From NCBI GenBank assembly GCA_965541585.1, contig CBEUCH010000006.1, forward strand, positions 64,001-128,000: a stretch of 64,000 bases of DNA, read 5' to 3'. The notes beneath the pieces are model-generated. The model was given only the letters and a program-made list of their open reading frames with translations, had not been told where the DNA came from and did no database searches. This DNA comes from an uncultured bacterium (GTDB lineage: Bacteria > Zixibacteria > MSB-5A5 > UBA10806). The translations under genes and the position numbers were made by a program. Below, piece after piece: positions 50,100-58,513 of this stretch; positions within the stretch are counted from its first letter, which is position 1, and each line of letters opens with the position of its first letter.

Positions 50100-50441
50100 C
50101 TATCCGACCCTATCGACCGGGGCATCCCCCCATAACTTTTCGAGCGCGTACCGCCCGCGAACAACAGGCTGAAAAATATGAACTACCACGCTGATATAGT
50201 CTAAGAGAACCCATTGAAGGGCCTGGACTCCCTCTTTGTGCCAGACCGCGACATCTCTTTTTTTCATTTTTTCCACTATGTTATCCGCGATAGCCTTAAC
50301 ATGCACATCGACTGACCCGGAACATATTACAAAATAGTCGGCGACATCAGAGCATTTTCTTAAATCAAGTATCTGAATATCGATACCATTTTTATCCAGT
50401 GCGTATTTGCTGGCCGCCCGGGCTATGCTCTTGGGGGTCAA
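50100..50441 (-). CDS. rsfS: Ribosome silencing factor RsfS (Iojap)
   Basis: DYFVICSG, H.EG, WVLLDY..VVVHIF, Y.LEKLWGD; TTG 50441 with GGAGG upstream. Confidence 0.93.
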   Translation of the reverse strand: MTPKSIARAASKYALDKNGIDIQILDLRKCSDVADYFVICSGSVDVHVKAIADNIVEKMKKRDVAVWHKEGVQALQWVLLDYISVVVHIFQPVVRGRYALEKLWGDAPVDRVG

Positions 50442-50442
50442 A

Positions 50443-50976
50443 TTAGAGCGATTCCTCCTTTGCTCTATTAAGTTTCTCAACGTAGCCGGCGTAGTCGCTA
50501 CCGGCGATAACCGTAACGTCTATATCCAGTATATTATCCTCGAACCTCAACAATATTATATCATCCTCTTCTATTCCCAGTCTTTTCGCTATCCTCATGG
50601 CCTTTTCCGATATTACACCCTTGGTCATCCGGTGACCCCGCCTATCCACGACTACGGTTTTATCAAAGGCTTCGAGCTTAGCGTCCGTCCTCTCGATAAC
50701 ATCATACATCAACGAGCCCTCTCCCGGCAGTAAGGCATTGGCCAGAGATTCCGCGGCGCTCCTCTCACCGCAGCCATTCAAGATCTGTAGCGTAACGGTG
50801 CTCAGCGGGTCCTCTGATCGATACTCTCTTTTCGGGTTGATGAGTATCGACCCGACAAAAGTCAGTATCGCCAGCGAGAGTACCACTACCGCCCAGCCGG
50901 AAAATCCGAGGCCGGACAGCGTAACCAAAGAAAAGGTATTTTGGGCCTTAACCTTAGAATTTCTATGTTTTTTCAT
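50443..50976 (-). CDS. LytR C-terminal domain membrane protein
   Basis: One TM helix, then QILNGCG and DVTVIAGSD. Confidence 0.8.
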   Translation of the reverse strand: MKKHRNSKVKAQNTFSLVTLSGLGFSGWAVVVLSLAILTFVGSILINPKREYRSEDPLSTVTLQILNGCGERSAAESLANALLPGEGSLMYDVIERTDAKLEAFDKTVVVDRRGHRMTKGVISEKAMRIAKRLGIEEDDIILLRFEDNILDIDVTVIAGSDYAGYVEKLNRAKEESL

Positions 50977-51027
50977 GCGGTTTGACTTGCGGGAGTAGAG
51001 GAAGCGCCCTTGGGGCAAATCCTTTTC

Positions 51028-51480
51028 TTATCGGTAATCCTCCTGATAGTATGGATTGTAATATGGGTTCAAACCGCCGTAGGCACCCACGGGAACGTGC
51101 CTGTAGTCAAGCCTGAAATTAAAATTCTTACTGGGTCGCCAGTCGATCGCAAAACCCGGGACAAAAACGCCTGAATTCAAACCCGAGGACGTGCCCGAGA
51201 ACAGGTTAGTGGGGCTGTGAAGATACCCGAAATCCACCCGGATTTTCAACGGATTTGAAAAGACATATTCTATCGAATTGAGATAGTAGCCTATGCTGCC
51301 GTCTGTGCCACCACCGAAACGATAGCCGAAACTGTAGCTCTGTTTCATGGTTAGCCGCGATGGGTCAAAGATCGAAAGTCCATCTCTTTTGAGATATGAT
51401 TGTCCCTTCAGGTCAGGCACGCCCTGGGCGAATGCCATCACCGGGATCAACACCAAAATGATTACGGTTAATTTCTTCAT
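51028..51480 (-). CDS. Hypothetical secreted/outer-membrane protein
   Basis: Signal peptide; amphipathic beta-strand pattern. Confidence 0.65.
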   Translation of the reverse strand: MKKLTVIILVLIPVMAFAQGVPDLKGQSYLKRDGLSIFDPSRLTMKQSYSFGYRFGGGTDGSIGYYLNSIEYVFSNPLKIRVDFGYLHSPTNLFSGTSSGLNSGVFVPGFAIDWRPSKNFNFRLDYRHVPVGAYGGLNPYYNPYYQEDYR

Positions 51481-51549
51481 CTTCTTGTTTTCAAATTATA
51501 GCCCGTAGGCCTTATTCTGTCAATCTAAATTATTATACCGGAAAACTCC

Positions 51550-52299
51550 TTACCGGGTTCCATTTTTGAGTATTTTTTCCGCCGCCAGAAGCTCATCGGC
51601 CGAGTTGATCCCGAATCCTTCCGCCGGATCGGAGGCCACCAGAGCGCCGACTTTTTGGCCATTGTTAACCAGGATGGCTATCGAATCTGTCAGATAGTAT
51701 TCTCCCTGATCATTGTTGTTATCGAGTCGGCTTAGGATAGATTTAAGTTCCTTCCAGTCGAAGCAATAGGTGGCAGTATTGATTTCTTTAATTTTCTTGG
51801 TATTATCATCGGCATCTCTGTATTCGACTATAGCCTTCAGAAGACCATCGTTATCCCGCAGGATTCGCCCATAATGAGAGGGATCTGCTGGCATTGCTGT
51901 CAGGACCGTGGCGGCAGCGTTAAGTCTATGCCGCTCGTCGATTAAGCCTCTTATGGTCTCCGGCTTTACCAGTGGCATATCGCCGCATAGAACCACCAGG
52001 TCGCCTTCGAAACCTGCCAGAAGCGGTTCGGCAGTCATGATAGCATGGCCGGTGCCCAACTGCTCGGTCTGCCTGACGAATTCCACGCTCCTGTCTTTGA
52101 GAGTTTCCTCCATCTTATCAGCCAGATGCCCTATGACGAGGATCTGCCGCTCGATACCCGCATTACGGGCAGAATCGATGACATAATCGATAACATACCT
52201 GCCGTTGAGCTTGTGAAGCACCTTTGGAAGATCGGATTTCATCCGTTTTCCCTTGCCGGCGGCGAGGATCAATGCGATCTTTTCAGACGGCTTGTTCAA
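51550..52299 (-). CDS. glmU: GlmU-like uridyltransferase domain only (no acetyltransferase domain)
   Basis: LAAGKGKRMKSDLPKVLH, QLGTGHA, GDMP, EYYLTD; ends at 249 aa. Confidence 0.9.
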   Translation of the reverse strand: MNKPSEKIALILAAGKGKRMKSDLPKVLHKLNGRYVIDYVIDSARNAGIERQILVIGHLADKMEETLKDRSVEFVRQTEQLGTGHAIMTAEPLLAGFEGDLVVLCGDMPLVKPETIRGLIDERHRLNAAATVLTAMPADPSHYGRILRDNDGLLKAIVEYRDADDNTKKIKEINTATYCFDWKELKSILSRLDNNNDQGEYYLTDSIAILVNNGQKVGALVASDPAEGFGINSADELLAAEKILKNGTR

Positions 52300-52356
52300 G
52301 AAATGATTTCTCCTATGAATTGTATCGTCAGCTATCGGAAGGCGATCAACTGAATA

Positions 52357-52704
52357 TCAAACCGGCCTGTTATTAGAGTCCACCATGACTATTTTCGGCT
52401 CGAATTCGGCGGCCTCCTCAGGCGACATCTGCGAATAACCCAGGATTATGATGAGATCCCCCGCCTGACCCAACCGGGCGGCAGGGCCGTTGAGCATAAC
52501 CTCGCCGGTGCCGGCTTTGCCCTCGATGACATAGGTCTCGAAACGGGCGCCGTTATTTAGGTTGACCACCTGGACCTTCTCGTAAGTGGTTATACCAGAA
52601 GCAGCTAAGAGATTCTTATCGATTGAGATGGAGCCCTCGTAGTTGAGATCGGCGCCGGTCACCGTGGCCCGATGGATCTTGGATTTTAAAACCGTTATCT
52701 GCAT
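52357..52704 (-). CDS. panD: Aspartate 1-decarboxylase
   Basis: [29 protein letters not shown]. Confidence 0.98.
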   Translation of the reverse strand: MQITVLKSKIHRATVTGADLNYEGSISIDKNLLAASGITTYEKVQVVNLNNGARFETYVIEGKAGTGEVMLNGPAARLGQAGDLIIILGYSQMSPEEAAEFEPKIVMVDSNNRPV

Positions 52705-52826
52705 CGTTCTTTCAACGATCTAAATTAATCGGATGTTTCAGCAATGGCAAGTGAAAAGGGGAAGATCGGTTGCTGCAAATGCGACTATTACGGAAAAACC
52801 TGCGATGTAATGAACAGCAATGGTCG

Positions 52827-53168
52827 CTAATCAGTGTGGGGAGGATTTTCTTCTATCCCCTCCAGAAGCTCCCCGGCCTCCTCCTCGTCGTCCTTGGAGA
52901 CCTGGATCTGCATGATCCCGATAGAAAACATCGCTTTCGGCAGTTCACCCTTAACATTGAACCGGATTTTTGCGTCTTGGAGAATCGATTTGGCCAGCGC
53001 CATAGCGGCAGCGTTTACGGTAGACAAGACTGTGACCAGGTTCGATTGTTCAGACTCATGCTCAGGTGGGCTGGCAAGGGGTGGCAACTCCTCCACCAGA
53101 GGAACCTTGCAATCGGCGCACTCGGTGAATCCCTCTCTGTATTCTACTCTGCATTCGGGACAAAACAT
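52827..53168 (-). CDS. Zinc-ribbon plus DUF2007 (PII-like) domain protein
   Basis: MFCPEC..EYREG...CADC.V.LV; A.LAKSIL...I...V.GE...I.V...D.EEA. Confidence 0.8.
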   Translation of the reverse strand: MFCPECRVEYREGFTECADCKVPLVEELPPLASPPEHESEQSNLVTVLSTVNAAAMALAKSILQDAKIRFNVKGELPKAMFSIGIMQIQVSKDDEEEAGELLEGIEENPPHTD

Positions 53169-53409
53169 AATTCGCTCCGCCACGTTCAAATCATCGCGGC
53201 TCCATGCCGCATCATGAATAGATGAAGTATAGTAGAGGTGGTAGCGGATCGCAATATCGATTTGAGACTGGTGGTAGCTTTTCCGGTGGATAGGTTTGAG
53301 CCGTGGGCGGTCATTCTGCAGATCCGTATGGACAACAAGTTGTGACACGCGGACTGGGGATGTCGGATCTGACGATCCGAAATCATATATTTAGAGAATA
53401 CTCTCGGCG

Positions 53410-54426
53410 CTACCTGAGGTCAAAATAAACCAGGGGGCGGACCATCAGTGCGTCCCAGTAGGCGTCCCCATCGGAATCGACATCGATAACGATATACTCC
53501 AGTTTGCGGTTGGCACCCCGGGGTGTAATAATTTCCCTTTTGATGAGGCCGTTCTCATCATGATCGAGCGGGTGCCAGTCCATGAGCACTGTGATATCGG
53601 ATACCGTGTAACCCAGAAGTCTTAGCTGGACTGTACCTCTGGTGTAATCGTCCGAGAATTTTGGCAGACCGTATCCGAGGACAATTGAGTCGATCTCGGC
53701 ATTGGCCGGCAGGCCGAGGGGGACCGTAATAGATATATTGCGCCGATCGCCGACAACCTTTTCCGGCCCGTGAATATATATCCAGATCTTGCCGTCATAT
53801 TCCAGTTTCCTGGCGGCAGTCTCCCAGTATTTATGGTATGGCCCCGCGAAATACCCCTCGAATAATCGTCCGCCCCGGAATTTCAGCTTGGTGTCCTTCT
53901 CCTCCTTCAGGGACCAGACCAATCCGTCGGACGATTCAACCTCGTACTTCCTGATGAACTCCGAAGTCCCCAGATGAAGAACCCTGACCCCGGTTATCAG
54001 GGCGGGATCGGTTAAGGGCGGCTTTGGCTTCGGCTTTGGTTTGGGCTTCGGCTTGGGTTTAGGCTTCGGTTTCTTCTTTGGCTTTGGGGGTGGCGGAGGC
54101 GGTGGTGGTTTCGTTTTGAAAACGACCAGATCGACCGATACGGTGGCTCCCGGTTCCACTTCGCCGATTATCTTGACGGTGGAATCGCTGTCGAATTTCG
54201 CCATCAACGAATAATCCCCCGGAGGTATATCCTCGAACATGAAAAATCCAAGAGTGTCGGTCAATGTCGATGTCTGCTGGGGTATTGTGAAAACGGCTGC
54301 GCCGGCCAGCGGCTGGCCCTCGGCGTTACTCACCTGTCCTTTTATGGTAGCCGGTTTCTTGGCACAACCACTCCAGATCAACGCTGATATGGCGGCTAAT
54401 ATAATTAAGAATCTTAAGATCTTCAT
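53410..54426 (-). CDS. Lipoprotein with carboxypeptidase-regulatory-like domain and Pro/Lys-rich linker
   Basis: Lipobox WSGC; G.V...G.PL.GA.V...TD..G.F.F...PG.Y; poly-P/(KP)n stretch. Confidence 0.75.
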   Translation of the reverse strand: MKILRFLIILAAISALIWSGCAKKPATIKGQVSNAEGQPLAGAAVFTIPQQTSTLTDTLGFFMFEDIPPGDYSLMAKFDSDSTVKIIGEVEPGATVSVDLVVFKTKPPPPPPPPKPKKKPKPKPKPKPKPKPKPKPPLTDPALITGVRVLHLGTSEFIRKYEVESSDGLVWSLKEEKDTKLKFRGGRLFEGYFAGPYHKYWETAARKLEYDGKIWIYIHGPEKVVGDRRNISITVPLGLPANAEIDSIVLGYGLPKFSDDYTRGTVQLRLLGYTVSDITVLMDWHPLDHDENGLIKREIITPRGANRKLEYIVIDVDSDGDAYWDALMVRPLVYFDLR

Positions 54427-54987
54427 CTCCCTCCCTCCGATCTTAAGCCAGAAGCAAGATCACCGAATCCTTCGGTCTGTCCTTAAGAGGTCTTTATTCT
54501 CAATATCCTACTATAGCTTAATCGACAGCTATCCTCAAGTTATTTAATGAAAAAGGATGGGGCAGCTTCGTATTTGCCTGAGAAAACCACAGTGGTCAGA
54601 CCTGCCTGACAGCGACCATACATTAGTTCCACGCATGATTAGATCGATTCCTGAAGAAATCGATTGTCTTACAATTCATCGTCTGCGGCAGGAACCGGTG
54701 ATCTTGTACAGGCAACGGAAAATATATATTTCCATTCGGGATAGAATATTATATCTTAGCCGCATGTTTTATTGCCGGAATCCACGCCGGTGTTGTTTTT
54801 TTGCCGGATCCTCCAGCAGCTTAGATCAAAGTTGTTTTATTAATTTATAAATGGGTTATGATTTTTTGGCTCGCAGGACATTCTTCCACCTTGACAGAAC
54901 CGATCGGCCTGCGGCAAGTTCCAGTTGTGAAAAATAAACTCATATCTGAGCAATAAAGGAATGTCCAATTTAAGAAAAGGAGATTCT

Positions 54988-56208
54988 ATGGCAGGAAGAC
55001 TTACGGCATTGCTCTTGCTTTTGGTTTTCGCTTTCGGGGCGGTTAGAGCTCAGGAGGCGATGCCGGACACTACCGGACCTCCGCTTCCGGCTCCACCGAC
55101 AAACGTCCGCGTGTCAGACAAACCTGATGACACCGGCCACGGTGTGATAGTCGGATGGGATCTTTCCGCTGACGACGGCGCCGGAGCTGATAATGTGACA
55201 GCCTACGAGGTCTATCGCGCCGATGCTCCTGATGGTGAATATATGCTGATGGGGGTCGGTATTAAGGGCAGCGGGGAGTATGAAGATGACGACGATGCGG
55301 AGTTCAAAAACGGCGATCCCAATCCGGGATACATTGCGACGGGGAAAACGTACTACTACAAGATACGAGCCATGGCGACGGGAGGTTTCTTTTCAGAATT
55401 CTCCGAGCCCGCATCAGGGCATGCCGAAGAGAACTGGTTCCATACAGGGAAGGTCCCGATCCTCGTTGGCGTAATTATCTTCTGGGGAGTAGTCGTTTAT
55501 TTCATCTTCAAAGCACGGGGTGGTAAGGAGTTTTATGTTCGTCCCCTCGCCGGGATAAACGCCGTGGATGACGCTATAGGGCGCGCTACCGAGATGGGTC
55601 GCCCGATAATGTTTGTTCTCGGCACCGGTACTGCCGGCGATCTGGCGACCATTGCCGGCTTTACGATCCTCTCCAGAGTGGCAAAGATGACCGCTGAATA
55701 CCAGACACAGGTCTTAGTACCTGTCAATGATCCGGTCATGATGGCTGTCGCACAGGAGACGGTACGCACCGCCTACCTCGAGGCTGGCCGTCCCGATACC
55801 TATAACGCAGATAATATCACCTACGAAACCGCCATGCAATTCCCGTATGTGGCGGCGGTCTGCGGCATCATGCTGAGAGAGAGGCCGGCAACCAATTTCT
55901 ACATGGGGGTTTTTCATGCCGAGTCCCTGATCTTAGCCGAGACCGGAAATATCGCCGGATCGATACAGATATCTGGTACCGATCAGATCTCCCAGCTACC
56001 GTTCTTGATCGCCGCCACCGATTACACGTTGATAGGCGAGGAGCTTTACGCCGCCAGTGCCTATCTATCAAAGGAACCGATCCTGGTCGGAACTCTGAAA
56101 GCGCAGGACTGGGCCAAGGCGGCATTGATGGCGATCTTGTTTCTGGGGGCGCTTCTGATTACCTTCGCAATTCCTTTTATAAAAGACATGGTAACCGTTA
56201 ACCTTTAG
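54988..56208 (+). CDS. FN3 plus DUF6754-type membrane protein
   Basis: Signal peptide; FN3-like W...Y.VYR...YYYKIRA; RPLAGI.A...AIGRATEMGRP...LIGEELYAASAYL. Confidence 0.8.
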   Translation: MAGRLTALLLLLVFAFGAVRAQEAMPDTTGPPLPAPPTNVRVSDKPDDTGHGVIVGWDLSADDGAGADNVTAYEVYRADAPDGEYMLMGVGIKGSGEYEDDDDAEFKNGDPNPGYIATGKTYYYKIRAMATGGFFSEFSEPASGHAEENWFHTGKVPILVGVIIFWGVVVYFIFKARGGKEFYVRPLAGINAVDDAIGRATEMGRPIMFVLGTGTAGDLATIAGFTILSRVAKMTAEYQTQVLVPVNDPVMMAVAQETVRTAYLEAGRPDTYNADNITYETAMQFPYVAAVCGIMLRERPATNFYMGVFHAESLILAETGNIAGSIQISGTDQISQLPFLIAATDYTLIGEELYAASAYLSKEPILVGTLKAQDWAKAALMAILFLGALLITFAIPFIKDMVTVNL

Positions 56209-56223
56209 GTGTAAAGATAGAAG

Positions 56224-56841
56224 ATGAAAAAACAGATTCCAATATATTTTGTCCTGGTCTCCGGTATCGTGATGATAATCCAGTTCTTCGTACCATCTGA
56301 GGAATCGCAATGGCTTTTCACCTACGCCAACGATTGGGTTATCGTCGTGGGGATCCTGGCTCTGCCTCTGGGTATCTACGGTCTGCTCAGGTCAGAATTC
56401 AAGAAGCTGAAAAATCCCAAGGAAGCTTTTTACGCGGGCGTTCTTCTTTTCGGCTATTTCATCATGGTGGCTACGGGTTGGAAAAGAGAATGGCTTGAAT
56501 ACGGCAGTCTCCATATGGATCTTTTCACCAACATCCTGATACCGATTCAGGCGACGATTTTTTCGCTTTTGGCATTCTACATAGCCAGTGCGGCTTACAG
56601 GGCGTTCCGGGCCCGAACCATGCTGGCGACCATCCTCCTGGTGACTGCATTTATCGTCATGCTGCGGCTGATACCACTTGGTCCATTCTCAGACATCAAC
56701 CAGATCGGGGTTAGCTGGATATTATCGGTACCGAATATGGCGGCCAAGCGCGCAATCGCCATAGGTGTGGGGTTGGGCGCTATCGCCACCTGCATAAAAA
56801 TCATCCTGGGTATCGAACGAACCTACATGGGACACGATTAA
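56224..56841 (+). CDS. Conserved hypothetical membrane protein
   Basis: About six TM helices; SLLAFYIASAAYRAFR; AAKRAIAIGVGLG. Confidence 0.75.
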   Translation: MKKQIPIYFVLVSGIVMIIQFFVPSEESQWLFTYANDWVIVVGILALPLGIYGLLRSEFKKLKNPKEAFYAGVLLFGYFIMVATGWKREWLEYGSLHMDLFTNILIPIQATIFSLLAFYIASAAYRAFRARTMLATILLVTAFIVMLRLIPLGPFSDINQIGVSWILSVPNMAAKRAIAIGVGLGAIATCIKIILGIERTYMGHD

Positions 56842-56853
56842 AGGAGGCCGCCA

Positions 56854-57678
56854 ATGACATTCTGGGATAAACTGATGAACATAGACCGACGATGGATTTA
56901 CCTCTGTATCGCCATCGTTGTTATAATTCCGGCAATTGTTTCCTTCAAAGTGCCCGTCTCCACCACGCCTGAAGTAAAAATGGTGTTTGATTTTATCGAC
57001 GAGATGCAACCGGGAGAGTATTTTTATCTGGGTATTGATTATGATCCGTCGGCCCTGGCGGAACTCGATCCCATGACCTACGCTATTCTGAACCAGGCCT
57101 TTTCCAAAGATCTGAAAGTCATAATCGGATGTCTTTCGCAGTTTGGCGTCGGTATGGCCGAAGCGCGGCTGGCCGAGATGAGCGCGAAATACGATAAACA
57201 TTCGGGGATCGATTACTGTTTTCTGGGTTACCGTCCATATCCGGCCATCGTGATACTGACCATGGGTGTGGATTTCAGAGTGACTTTTCCTCTGGATTAC
57301 TACGGCGTGCCACTTGATTCGCTGCCGGTTATGCAGGGGATAAGAAACCTTATGGACGTTAAGGGCGTGGTCGATATTACCGCCGGCAACGTGGCCGATT
57401 TCTGGATTATCTACGGCAATGGACGATTCGGATTCCCGCTGGCGATCGGCATGACGGGAGTTATGAGCGCCGATTATTACCAGTACCTGCAATCGGGCCA
57501 GATTTTCGGATTGATCCCGGGTATTAAGGGAGCCGCCGAATACGAGACTCTTTCCGGCTTCGAGACTACCGGATTGACCTCCATGCCATACCAGACACTG
57601 ACCCATGCGGTCATTCTCCTTTTCATAATCATCTCAAACATTGGTTACTTCGCCACTCGTGGCAAGAAGGGTAAATAG
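56854..57678 (+). CDS. Conserved hypothetical membrane-anchored protein
   Basis: IDRRWIY, DY.P....EL.P, Y..SGQ..G...G.KGAAEYE; GGAGG RBS. Confidence 0.75.
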   Translation: MTFWDKLMNIDRRWIYLCIAIVVIIPAIVSFKVPVSTTPEVKMVFDFIDEMQPGEYFYLGIDYDPSALAELDPMTYAILNQAFSKDLKVIIGCLSQFGVGMAEARLAEMSAKYDKHSGIDYCFLGYRPYPAIVILTMGVDFRVTFPLDYYGVPLDSLPVMQGIRNLMDVKGVVDITAGNVADFWIIYGNGRFGFPLAIGMTGVMSADYYQYLQSGQIFGLIPGIKGAAEYETLSGFETTGLTSMPYQTLTHAVILLFIIISNIGYFATRGKKGK

Positions 57679-57687
57679 GAGGACGCT

Positions 57688-58299
57688 ATGACGACAGTAG
57701 AGCTTTTATGGAACACTCTGGCGGCGCTATTGACCCTTTTCGTCTTCTCCTTTCTTTATAAGGATAATCCTTTCTACAAGTTCGCCGAGAGATTGGTCGC
57801 AGGAGTCGCCGCGGGATACTGGACGATGTTGCTTTATCATACGAATTTCACAGACAAAGTGGTTCTAACCATGCAGAACGGGCAATGGGCATATATAATT
57901 CCTATACTCCTCGGGGTCGGGATGTGGACCAGGTTTTCCAAGAAATGGTCCTGGATTTCGAGATATTCCATCGCCTTCTACATAGGGATATCGACCGGTG
58001 TTTCAGTAACTGTTTATATGAACACCTGGATTCTGAAGCAGATCGAGGCCACCATGATACCGCTCAATAGCATCACCAACATATTGGTGGTTGTTTTGGT
58101 GCTGTGCTCTTTATTCTACTTTTTCTTCTCTAAGGCTCATACCGGCACCTTCGGCCTCATATCCAAAATTGGCATCTATACGCTGATGATCGGATTCGGC
58201 GCCGGGTTTGGGCTAACGGTGATGGGACGTATTGCGCTGCTTGCACAGAGAGTAATATTCCTACAAGAGTACTTATCAGCGCTATTCGGAGCAGGTTAG
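57688..58299 (+). CDS. Conserved hypothetical membrane protein
   Basis: SFLYKDNPFYKFAE...G; MIGFGAGFG.TVM.R; about six TM helices; GGAGG RBS. Confidence 0.75.
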   Translation: MTTVELLWNTLAALLTLFVFSFLYKDNPFYKFAERLVAGVAAGYWTMLLYHTNFTDKVVLTMQNGQWAYIIPILLGVGMWTRFSKKWSWISRYSIAFYIGISTGVSVTVYMNTWILKQIEATMIPLNSITNILVVVLVLCSLFYFFFSKAHTGTFGLISKIGIYTLMIGFGAGFGLTVMGRIALLAQRVIFLQEYLSALFGAG

Positions 58300-58332
58300 A
58301 ATGCTATAGAAAATCGATTTTCGGTTCTGTCG

Positions 58333-58364
58333 GGCATCTTGGATTCGTTCCGGGATGCCTTTTT
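58333..58364 (+). terminator. Intrinsic terminator ending the four-gene membrane operon
   Basis: GGCATCTTGGA-TTCGT-TCCGGGATGCC followed by T5. Confidence 0.75.
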
Positions 58365-58513
58365 CTTAAGAATCCCATCGATGGCGATCGGGGCAGGTTT
58401 CGGGAAGTTCATCCAACCGCTAATCCTGGCGGATCGAAATGTTAACCATATGGGAAACAGTCCATTAAAATAAAAAATATTATTTGGAACAAGAGTGCCG
58501 AATATTTATATAT

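Noticed and set aside
56722..57606. 294-aa minus-strand ORF
   Set aside because: Antisense to well-formed membrane operon genes; no recognisable motifs
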